Shown here piece after piece: positions 39,511-47,618 of a stretch of 64,000 nucleotides of DNA. Source of the stretch: an uncultured Spirochaetota bacterium. Lineage in GTDB: Bacteria > Spirochaetota > Spirochaetia > SZUA-6 > Fen-1364. A program made the translations under genes and the position numbers. The notes beneath the pieces are model-generated. The model was given only the letters and a program-made list of their open reading frames with translations. It had not been told where the DNA came from and made no database searches. How positions within the stretch are numbered: the first letter of the stretch is position 1; each line of letters starts with the position of its first letter. Location: assembly GCA_963820525.1 (NCBI GenBank), contig CAWGAA010000001.1, positions 1,920,001 to 1,984,000 of the forward strand, read 5' to 3'.

Positions 39511-40428
39511 ATGAATGTTCTGGACTCTATCGGAAACACGCCACTGATTCAGCTGAGTCGAATCGTGCCAAGTGGCGCCGGCCATATTTTCGTCAAGCTC
39601 GAGATGTGTAATCCAACAGGCAGCATGAAAGACCGCATGGCGCGTGCTGTTATCGAAGCCGCCGAGCACGGGAATCGGCTGACTCCCGGTGGAACGGTTG
39701 TCGAATACACAGGCGGTACGACTGGGATCTCGCTCGCATTCGTCTGTGCTGCGAAGGGATACAGTATAGAGATCGTGTTTTCTGATGCCTTTAGCCCGGA
39801 AAAAGCCCAAATAATGAAGGCGCTGGGAGCTCACGTTACAGTTGTGCCAAGCGGAGGCAAGGGAATCACTCAGAGTGTCATCATGCGAATGATAGAGCAG
39901 GCAAGATCCATCAGCCAAAGGCCAGGCCACTGGTGGTCGGACCAGCTAAACAACAGGGACGCGGTTGGGGCCTATCACGCACTCGGGGAGGAAATCTGGG
40001 AACAAACAAAGGGCAGGGTGGATGCATTCGTTCAAGCCGTAGGTACGGCACATTCAATTCATGGGACAATGGAGGCACTGTCTGGGCATAAGCAGAACAT
40101 TCACGTGGTGGCGGTAGAGCCCGAGGAATCAGCGGTACTCTCTGGCCGCGCACCTGGATCGCACAGCATCGAAGGGTCGGGTATCGGATTTGTGCCCCCT
40201 TTGTGGGAACCAGATAAAGTACACGAGATAATGACGGTCTCCACTCAAGAGGCCGAGGCAATGGCACGGCGGTTGGCGCGAGAAGAGGGGATTTTCGCCG
40301 GCACTTCGTCAGGTGCGAATGTAGTTGCAGCACTTCGACTCGCTGAGCGACTGGGCCCCAAAGCAACCGTTACGACGCTAATGGTTGACTCAGGCCAACG
40401 CTACCTAAGCACTGGCGTGTTTCGGTAG
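39511..40428 (+). CDS. Cassette 5: PLP-dependent cysteine synthase family protein
   Basis: IGNTPL, KLE..NPTGSMKDR, AREEGIFAGTSSGAN, DSGQRYLS. Confidence 0.9.
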   Translation: MNVLDSIGNTPLIQLSRIVPSGAGHIFVKLEMCNPTGSMKDRMARAVIEAAEHGNRLTPGGTVVEYTGGTTGISLAFVCAAKGYSIEIVFSDAFSPEKAQIMKALGAHVTVVPSGGKGITQSVIMRMIEQARSISQRPGHWWSDQLNNRDAVGAYHALGEEIWEQTKGRVDAFVQAVGTAHSIHGTMEALSGHKQNIHVVAVEPEESAVLSGRAPGSHSIEGSGIGFVPPLWEPDKVHEIMTVSTQEAEAMARRLAREEGIFAGTSSGANVVAALRLAERLGPKATVTTLMVDSGQRYLSTGVFR

Positions 40429-40499
40429 TTCCATATATCGAAGCAGTTGCCGGTTTGCGCCTAACATCTATAACAACGCGTCTGTCAAGAAGACGAAAG

Positions 40500-40641
40500 C
40501 TCCAAAACCTCCTTCGAACACTACTATGATATAGCCGGTCCTACCGGAAACATCTATACGCCCTCATCGGGGCATGATCACCTGCAGCAGGGATGTCACA
40601 ATCAAATCGCGTGCCTGTAGCGGCACATGTTAGGCACGTGC
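40500..40641 (-). ncRNA. Putative bridge RNA / seekRNA of IS copy 1
   Basis: GCCUAACA-[GUGCC/GGCAC hairpin]-CGAUUUG matches both halves of the target. UAUAGAUG-[CCGGU/ACCGG hairpin]-UAUCAU matches the circle junction. Transcript ends are not known. Confidence 0.8.
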
Positions 40642-41700
40642 TCACCCCTGCCTCGGTGAGACCTTCAATGGCTCTCGATATGGCTCGTTTTTCTTGAGGA
40701 CCCAAAAGGTGGATTCCGATAGATGACGGGCGAGCGCTCCGATGGCCACAGAGGATCCTTTGCGACCGCGAATCCTCAGATACAGCCTGGAGACGTGGCG
40801 GCCTATCCAGCCGCGCTGTGCGTGGTGCGCTGAGATTGCATTTGCCGCCTCGATGAAGGCCCATTTGAGATATTGATTGCTCTCGGTCCTCATTTTCCCA
40901 TAGTGGCACTTGCCACCGCTGGAGCTCACCCGTGGAGTGGTGCCGCTATAACTGCTGAACTGTGAAGCGGTGCAAAACCGCTCGATGCAACCGACCTCTC
41001 GATCGATAACGATTACCAAAATGTCCCCGACGCCAGGAAGAGTCTTTAGCAGCTGCATGCTGGGGGTTAGCGAGACCTGGCTGCGGATGCGCTCCTCCAA
41101 AGAGGATATCTGAAGGCTGATGAAATCCAGAAGTTGGAGATGTTGTTCCAAGCAGCGAGCTGTCTCCGGGGGAAGCCGGGACACGGCAGAGCTCAACCAT
41201 GATCGTCCCCGCTGTGAGAATACCTGGCAACCATCCTCAGCAGACAAGGCGTACTTGGCAAGGATCGAGTGAATGCGGTTCTTCAAAGACGTTCGCATCC
41301 TGCACAGGACCATTCGTGTGCGAGGCAATTCGCGCTGATCACGTAGGCCAGATGGCGGCAGCCAAACGGTAGGAAGGCTGCCAAGCCTAAGGAGGGTAGC
41401 AAGACCACCGGCGTCCAGTTTATCGGTCTTGTTCACATTTCCCATCAACAGTTTGGCCTTGCCGGGATTTGTTAGCAAAGGAACACACCCTGAAGCTTCG
41501 ATTTCATCAGCAATCCAGTACCAATTGCCTACGCTCTCCAAAGCAACCGGGGTGCCAGAGGGGAGTCGTGAGAAAAAGCAGGAGATGGTTCCCGGAGCAT
41601 GATTGATACGGACTCGATTCAGAACCTTGCCCTTCGGGTCCTGGATCTCGAGCTGAGAGTAGTGCTTATGAGCATCACACCCAACACTCAACGACTGCAT
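40642..41700 (-). CDS. IS110-family DEDD recombinase/transposase
   Basis: GCDAHK, ALESVG, KTDKLDA (DEDD), LPGVG, SSSGGK serine motif; RBS GAGGAGG. Confidence 0.95.
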   Translation of the reverse strand: MQSLSVGCDAHKHYSQLEIQDPKGKVLNRVRINHAPGTISCFFSRLPSGTPVALESVGNWYWIADEIEASGCVPLLTNPGKAKLLMGNVNKTDKLDAGGLATLLRLGSLPTVWLPPSGLRDQRELPRTRMVLCRMRTSLKNRIHSILAKYALSAEDGCQVFSQRGRSWLSSAVSRLPPETARCLEQHLQLLDFISLQISSLEERIRSQVSLTPSMQLLKTLPGVGDILVIVIDREVGCIERFCTASQFSSYSGTTPRVSSSGGKCHYGKMRTESNQYLKWAFIEAANAISAHHAQRGWIGRHVSRLYLRIRGRKGSSVAIGALARHLSESTFWVLKKNEPYREPLKVSPRQG

Positions 41701-41969
41701 TCTGCACCTCCTCATGGGCGACGTAGCCCTACGGAGCACAATAGTAGCAAGCGATGCAGCGCTGTTATATTATCAAATCGTTGCAGTTGTCCCCTAGAAA
41801 GCTGTGTCGAACAGCTGATTCAGCCTGGCAATTCCATTGGGTGCAGTGCTGATGCGGCGGGGCAACTGAACTCTATGTTATGAGGCGCAAGTTTTTTTAA
41901 GACGTTTTGCGTCGGCAGCTTGTGCGAATCTAGTCAGTATGATATATACCTTATTTTGGGGGTAATTCC

Positions 41970-43187
41970 ATGATTCACAAGCTATTGCTAAAGAACTTCA
42001 GAGCTATTGAACAACAGGAGATAGAACTTGGAAAAATTTCAATCTTTACTGGTCCCAATAATAGCGGGAAGTCTACTCTTATCTACGGACTTCTCACCCT
42101 CAAAAACATGATTCTCAACTCAAACCAAAGTCTTGATGGTTTTTTGAACCTGGGATTCCTTAGCCTAGGTGGTTTTAGCCAGACAGTTTATTTTAAGGAC
42201 GAGAATAGGCAGATCTCAATAGGTATTGGAAGCAAGACTGAAGAAATATCTTCAGAATATATGGCTACACTTGGAAAAAAAGCAAGTACACTTAATATAC
42301 ATGCACATGAACCATTAGAAATCAGCTTAGATCTCAATGTTACTTTCCCATACCCAGCTAATGCTAGCACAGGTGCAGAGCTACAGACAGACTACGGAAA
42401 GCTCAGCATTACGTGGAATGGTATAACGCCTACGCTAACGGCCGAGAGTGTTGAGGCTGATTTAGTTCCGAAGCAGAAGGAATTGCTCCGCAAAGTTTCG
42501 CTTTCTATAACGAATCCGCTAGAAGAACTAAGATCGGTTGATTTCATTCCTCTTCGACGTGGTTTTATAAAACCTACTTACTCATCTGTTCCCCTACAGG
42601 CGCAACTTCTAAGCGATGAAGAACTCGCAACGCTCCTTGCTACAGATCGTGACTTAGAAGGAAAGGTTGCCTTCTATCTTGAAAAAATCTTGGATCGGAC
42701 TTTTTCTGTCAGGTCAACAATTGGCACTGCAAATTTTGCCCTTCAATCAAGAGATAGAGTAACAGGATTTGTCAGCGACCTTGTTAATGAAGGATTTGGT
42801 ACTAACCAGCTTGTTACAATATTAACAAAGGCTCTACGGAAAGAAGTTTCAACTATCTGCATTGAGGAAATAGAGATCCATTTGCATCCTGAACTCATGA
42901 ACAAAGTAATATCAGTGCTGATCGATATCGCAAACGAAGAGAACAAACAATTTATTATTTCTACTCATAGTGAGCATATTGTTTCTTCAGCTCTAAACCA
43001 TATTTCAACAGGTAAACTTAATAGTAGTGACTTTAAACTTTACTATCTCCACAAGGAAAAGAAGCGTGCAATTGTTGAGCAGCAGATAGTAAATGAAAAA
43101 GGTCAAGTAGAAGGCGGACTTAAAAGTTTCTATGATACAGATCTGAAGAATATTAGAGACTTTTTTAACATCAAAAACGAAAAATAA
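41970..43187 (+). CDS. Cassette 6 gene 1: ABC/AAA_15-21-type ATPase with DUF3696-like C-terminus
   Basis: LKNFRAI, GPNNSGKS, GFGTNQ, IEEIEIHLHP, STHS, NEKGQVEGG..SFYD. Confidence 0.85.
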   Translation: MIHKLLLKNFRAIEQQEIELGKISIFTGPNNSGKSTLIYGLLTLKNMILNSNQSLDGFLNLGFLSLGGFSQTVYFKDENRQISIGIGSKTEEISSEYMATLGKKASTLNIHAHEPLEISLDLNVTFPYPANASTGAELQTDYGKLSITWNGITPTLTAESVEADLVPKQKELLRKVSLSITNPLEELRSVDFIPLRRGFIKPTYSSVPLQAQLLSDEELATLLATDRDLEGKVAFYLEKILDRTFSVRSTIGTANFALQSRDRVTGFVSDLVNEGFGTNQLVTILTKALRKEVSTICIEEIEIHLHPELMNKVISVLIDIANEENKQFIISTHSEHIVSSALNHISTGKLNSSDFKLYYLHKEKKRAIVEQQIVNEKGQVEGGLKSFYDTDLKNIRDFFNIKNEK

Positions 43188-43654
43188 TGAACCTCGTTGT
43201 CAATGAGTGGCTACTCGAGTTTTTTTTGCCAGGTACACTTCCAGAGAATTATGAAGAGCTTTTTAGGTTTTTTGACAGTGTTCAAGAATGCAAACGTAAA
43301 ATAATAATTGGACGGGAGACACAATTCACTATTAAATTCTACCGTTTCATGAAATTATATGGCAATAATCTATCATTCAAGCAGAATTACGTTAAACTCC
43401 ATCGACTTTTATTTATCGACACTACCCGTACAATTATAGTTGAAAGACATGAAATTAAAAATATTCCTGATAAAGATATGGAAGGTGTTCATAGTGATGA
43501 TCGCTATCTACTTGAGCTTGCAGCCTCAGTTCCTAACAGTATAATTATATCAACTGATAATCGGCTTATAGATGCATTAGCAAGAATGCCACAATACCCA
43601 ATTATTCATTTGAAGGATTATTTAAAAACTTTCAATGAAAAAGGATGTGAATGA
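43187..43654 (+). CDS. Cassette 6 gene 2: PIN-like domain protein
   Basis: TAATG coupling; MNLVVNEW...DDRYLLELA...IIISTDNRL resembles PIN acidic motifs. Confidence 0.6.
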   Translation: MNLVVNEWLLEFFLPGTLPENYEELFRFFDSVQECKRKIIIGRETQFTIKFYRFMKLYGNNLSFKQNYVKLHRLLFIDTTRTIIVERHEIKNIPDKDMEGVHSDDRYLLELAASVPNSIIISTDNRLIDALARMPQYPIIHLKDYLKTFNEKGCE

Positions 43655-43659
43655 GCGCC

Positions 43660-43777
43660 TCATAACATGCTGTTGGAGTTGACCCCTTAGATTACGTTTG
43701 GAAAGTCTTAGATTACGCTGCTAAACTGCCGCTTACCTGCTTCGTGCGGCGGGGGCAACTCAACAGCGTCGTTATGT
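43660..43777 (+). other. attC site 6 (118 bp)
   Basis: TCATAAC-ATGCTGTTGGAGTTGACCCC...GGGGCAACTCAACAGCGTC-GTTATGT. Confidence 0.9.
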
Positions 43778-43966
43778 GGCGTTGGCGCCGAAGGCAAGGT
43801 GTCCATGCGCTCCAGCCGGTGAACATGCTGGCGGCGGAGATCTTACACTTTGCGGTGGCAGACGGGAATGATCTACTTCGCGGAAATTGGGCCGTCGCAT
43901 CGCATCGACCATCAGGCCGACGCGGAGGTCTGCGCTCTCATGCCGGATTTGTCGGGGAGGTGACAA

Positions 43967-44626
43967 GTGAGCGACCTATACAAGAAGCGATTCGCAGAGC
44001 TTCAGCTACAGATGGAGCAGCTTCTCGCCTCAAAGAAGTCGGCTTTCGACGAGTACCTACATAAGACTCGCGAGGAGATTGATGGCAATCTCCTACTCGA
44101 GTGGACGGTGAAAACAAGAAGCCTGATTGGCAAGGCGTGCGGAATGGAATCGGAACACTACAAGGAGTTCTCTGAGAACGATGCCACAGGCGCGTACAGT
44201 ACTTACCTAGCCACGCTCGAACGTCTTCGGGCAATCTTCCTTGCCGCAAAGGAAGATTACGAAGGCGGGTATCTGAGGACCACCAGATCACTCGTACAGG
44301 CGGACCTTTTCGACTCCGAACTGGAGCAGGCGACGTCACTGATTGACGCTGGCTACAGGCTACCTGCTGCTGTCGTGGCTGGAGTGGTCTTGGAGACGTC
44401 ACTCAGAGAGCTCTGTACACGGGAAGGGCTGCCGCACGGAAAACTTGATAAAATGAATTCGGATCTGGCCAAAGCTGGAAAGTACAACGTACTCCAGCAG
44501 AAGCGAATCACTGCGCTCGCAGATATCAGAAACGCAGCTGCTCACGGCAATCCTGAGAATTTCACTGATCAAGACGTGATAGACATGATTCGAGATGTCA
44601 AACGGTTTCTGGCTGAACACGCGTGA
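43967..44626 (+). CDS. Cassette 7: HEPN/DUF4145-like protein
   Basis: RBS GGAGG + GTG; AAVVAGVVLE..LR and RNAAAH (RxxxxH) motifs. Confidence 0.75.
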   Translation: MSDLYKKRFAELQLQMEQLLASKKSAFDEYLHKTREEIDGNLLLEWTVKTRSLIGKACGMESEHYKEFSENDATGAYSTYLATLERLRAIFLAAKEDYEGGYLRTTRSLVQADLFDSELEQATSLIDAGYRLPAAVVAGVVLETSLRELCTREGLPHGKLDKMNSDLAKAGKYNVLQQKRITALADIRNAAAHGNPENFTDQDVIDMIRDVKRFLAEHA

Positions 44627-44738
44627 TGCGGACGCGTGATTCGTTGAGCAGCAAATGGGTCATTCAGCGAAGAAGCGACTTTTGCAGCCCAAGCGCCACA
44701 TAACATCTATAACAACGCGTCTGTCAAGAAGACGAAAG

Positions 44739-44880
44739 CTCCAAAACCTCCTTCGAACACTACTATGATATAGCCGGTCCTACCGGAAACATCTATACGC
44801 CCTCATCGGGGCATGATCACCTGCAGCAGGGATGTCACAATCAAATCGCGTGCCTGTAGCGGCACATGTTATGCACGTGC
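44739..44880 (-). ncRNA. Putative bridge RNA / seekRNA of IS copy 2
   Basis: Identical to copy 1 except the target guide GCAUAACA (T at 44872 on the plus strand). Confidence 0.78.
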
Positions 44881-45798
44881 TCACCCCTGCCTCGGTGAGA
44901 CCTTCAATGGCTCTCGATATGGCTCGTTTTTCTTGAGGACCCAAAAGGTGGATTCCGATAGATGACGGGCGAGCGCTCCGATGGCCACAGAGGATCCTTT
45001 GCGACCGCGAATCCTCAGATACAGCCTGGAGACGTGGCGGCCTATCCAGCCGCGCTGTGCGTGGTGCGCTGAGATTGCATTTGCCGCCTCGATGAAGGCC
45101 CATTTGAGATACTGATTGCTCTCGGTCCTCATTTTCCCATAGTGGCACTTGCCACCGCTGGAGCTCACCCGTGGAGTGGTGCCGCTATAACTGCTGAACT
45201 GTGAAGCGGTGCAAAACCGCTCGATGCAACCGACCTCTCGATCGATAACGATTGCCAAAATGTCCCCGACGCCAGGAAGAGTCTTTAGTAGCTGCATGCT
45301 GGGGGTTAGCGAGACCTGGCTGCGGATGCGCTCCTCCAAAGAGGATATCTGAAGGCTGATGAAATCCAGAAGTTGGAGATGTTGTTCCAAGCAGCGAGCT
45401 GTCTCCGGGGGAAGCCGGGACACGGCAGAGCTCAACCATGATCGTCCCCGCTGTGAGAATACCTGGCAACCATCCTCAGCAGACAAGGCGTACTTGGCAA
45501 GGATCGAGTGAATGCGGTTCTTCAAAGACGTTCGCATCCTGCACAGGACCATTCGTGTGCGAGGCAATTCGCGCTGATCACGTAGGCCAGCTGGAGGCAG
45601 CCAAACGGTAGGAAGGCTGCCAAGCCTAAGGAGGGTAGCAAGACCACCGGCGTCCAGTTTATCGGTCTTGTTCACATTTCCCATCAACAGTTTGGCCTTG
45701 CCGGGATTTGTTAGCAAAGGAACACACCCTGAAGCTGGACCTACCCCGATTTCATAGACACATGGTTAAGCAGTATTTTAGAGGGGTAAGGAAAGGCA

Positions 45799-46089
45799 AT
45801 GGCAGACACGAGGAAGAAATACACCAAAGAGTTCAAGCTCGATGCCATCCGGCTCCTGGAGTCAGGGACAAAGCCGGGACATGAGATTGAACGGGATCTG
45901 GGAATCGGCAGCGGACAGATCTACCGCTGGAGGAAGCAATTCAGTGAGGACGGGACACGAGCTTTCCCAGGCAACGGCAGGTCCCGTGACGAGGAATTGG
46001 CCGCCTTGCGCAAAGAGAACAAGGAGTTGCGTGAGGAACGGGACATTTTAAGAAAAGCAACAGCCATCTTCTCCAGACCCCCGAGATGA
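45799..46089 (+). CDS. IS3 transposase OrfA
   Basis: RKKYTKEFK, HTH, LREERDILRKA. Confidence 0.92.
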   Translation: MADTRKKYTKEFKLDAIRLLESGTKPGHEIERDLGIGSGQIYRWRKQFSEDGTRAFPGNGRSRDEELAALRKENKELREERDILRKATAIFSRPPR

Positions 46090-46955
46090 AGTACCAGATC
46101 ATGAGTAAACAGCGGGGAACCCACGGCGTGGAGAAGATGGCGGAAGTATTGGGAGTAGCGCGCAGTGGGTACTATGCCTGGCTCGACGGTAAAGAGAGTG
46201 CACGAGCACTCGAGGAGAAGGAGCTGATCGAGCAGATCCGGAAGATCCAGGGCGAGGTGCGTCACAGCTACGGAAGCCCGCGCATGCGGGAAGAACTGCT
46301 GAGGCGTGGGCGGCATGTGGGGAAGAACCGAGTTGCCCGAATCATGAGAGAGAATGCCCTTGGGCCGCAGCCGAAGAGGCGGTTTGTAGTGACCACGCAC
46401 TCGAAAGACGGCCAGGAAGTGGCCGAAAACATAGTGAACAGGAACTTCGAAGCCTCCGCGGCGAATCGCGTGTGGGTGTCCGACATAACCTACGTTGCGA
46501 CAGCCGAAGGGTGGATGTATTTATGCATCGTACTGGATCTGTACTCACGTCGAGTGGCGGGCTGGTCGCTGAGCTGCGAGCTGAGTGCCGAGCTGGTGCT
46601 GACGGCGGTAGTCATGGCCGCGATTCGTCGCCGCCCGCCGCGGGGACTGTTGTTTCATTCCGATCGCGGTGTGCAGTATACCAGCGGTCAGTTTGAAAAG
46701 TTTGCCAAAGGGCACGGATTCATTCAAAGCATGAGCCGTAAGGGCGACTGTTGGGACAACGCGTGCGCGGAGACGTTTTTCAAGACCTTGAGAGCAGAGT
46801 TGATTCGGGACAAGATCTACCGAAGCAGAGAGGAGGCCAGGAGAGCAATATTCGAATACGTGGAGATCTTCTATAATCGCAAGCGGCTTCACTCGTACCT
46901 CGGCTACCTCACACCGACCGAATATGAGGAGCTCGAGGAGCGGAAGACGGCATGA
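46086..46955 (+). CDS. IS3 transposase OrfB (DDE)
   Basis: [39 protein letters not shown] overlap with OrfA. Confidence 0.95.
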   Translation: MKYQIMSKQRGTHGVEKMAEVLGVARSGYYAWLDGKESARALEEKELIEQIRKIQGEVRHSYGSPRMREELLRRGRHVGKNRVARIMRENALGPQPKRRFVVTTHSKDGQEVAENIVNRNFEASAANRVWVSDITYVATAEGWMYLCIVLDLYSRRVAGWSLSCELSAELVLTAVVMAAIRRRPPRGLLFHSDRGVQYTSGQFEKFAKGHGFIQSMSRKGDCWDNACAETFFKTLRAELIRDKIYRSREEARRAIFEYVEIFYNRKRLHSYLGYLTPTEYEELEERKTA

Positions 46956-47618
46956 TTGACGATCCAAGCCAGAGTGAGGAAAAAGCCTTGCGCGTAGAGG
47001 GCCGTGGTTGCGTTTTCGGAAGGCAGGTGGTGTTTGGATACCCCCCCGAAACCGAGACGCAGGTGCAATTCAGGGTGTCCACGAAATCGGGGGAACTCCA
47101 AGCTTCGATTTCATCAGCAATCCAGTACCAATTGCCTACGCTCTCCAAAGCAACCGGGGTGCCAGGGGGGAGTCGTGAGAAAAAGCAGGAGATGGTTCCC
47201 GGAGCATGATACGGACTCGATTCAGAACCTTGCCCTTCGGGTCCTGGATCTCGAGCTGAGAGTAGTGCTTATGAGCATCACACCCAACACTCAACGACTG
47301 CATTCTGCACCTCCTCATGGGCGACGTAGCCCTACGGAGCACAATAGTAGCAAGCGATGCAGCGCTATTATATTATCAAATCGTTGGAGCAGTCGCCTTG
47401 GACGCCCGTCGGAACTGTTGGTTCAGACCCGTAAGGAAGACCGATCTGTGGTTGTAGTCGGCGGCGCTGCTCAACTCTATGTTATCTGGACTTGCTGGCG
47501 TTCCCCTGACCGCCGGTGAACCTCGGCGCCGTCTTCGACTGACCTCACGCTCCCCTTCTGGGTACCATATCGAAAGGTTGGCGAAACGTTCGTTTGACAA
47601 GTGAAAAGGAGGATGTGC

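Larger units (their letters stand above)
40467..41775 (-). mobile_element. IS110 family / IS1111-type insertion sequence, copy 1 (about 1309 bp, intact)
   Basis: CA core at both junctions, subterminal inverted repeats TATAACAACGC / GCGCTGTTATA, non-coding region downstream of the transposase, no target-site duplication beyond the core. Confidence 0.92.
40459..41883 (+). other. attC site 5, split by IS1111-like copy 1 (40459-40465 + 41775-41883; 116 bp when rejoined)
   Basis: Removing the IS gives GCCTAAC-AAATCGTTGCAGTTGTCCCC...GGGGCAACTGAACTCTAT-GTTATGA. Confidence 0.88.
45736..47100 (+). mobile_element. IS3-family insertion sequence (1365 bp)
   Basis: TG...CA ends, 26-bp imperfect inverted repeats (TGGACCTACCCCGATTTCATAGACAC / GTGTCCACGAAATCGGGGGAACTCCA), 3-bp target duplication AGC. 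Confidence 0.95.
44706..47378 (-). mobile_element. IS1111-type element copy 2, inactivated (IS3 insertion and 4-bp deletion in the transposase)
   Basis: About 99% identical to copy 1; same CA junctions; GCATGATTGATACGG in copy 1 is GCATGATACGG near 47205. Confidence 0.92.
44698..47487 (+). other. attC site 7, split by IS1111-like copy 2 (44698-44704 + 47378-47487; 117 bp when rejoined)
   Basis: Rejoined: ACATAAC-AAATCGTTGGAGCAGTCGCC...GGCGCTGCTCAACTCTAT-GTTATCT. Confidence 0.88.

Noticed and set aside
36604..43777. Recurring palindromic repeats as a CRISPR array
   Set aside because: Spacing is gene-sized, they have RYYYAAC-like/GTT boxes and an adjacent intI, so they are attC sites; no cas genes.
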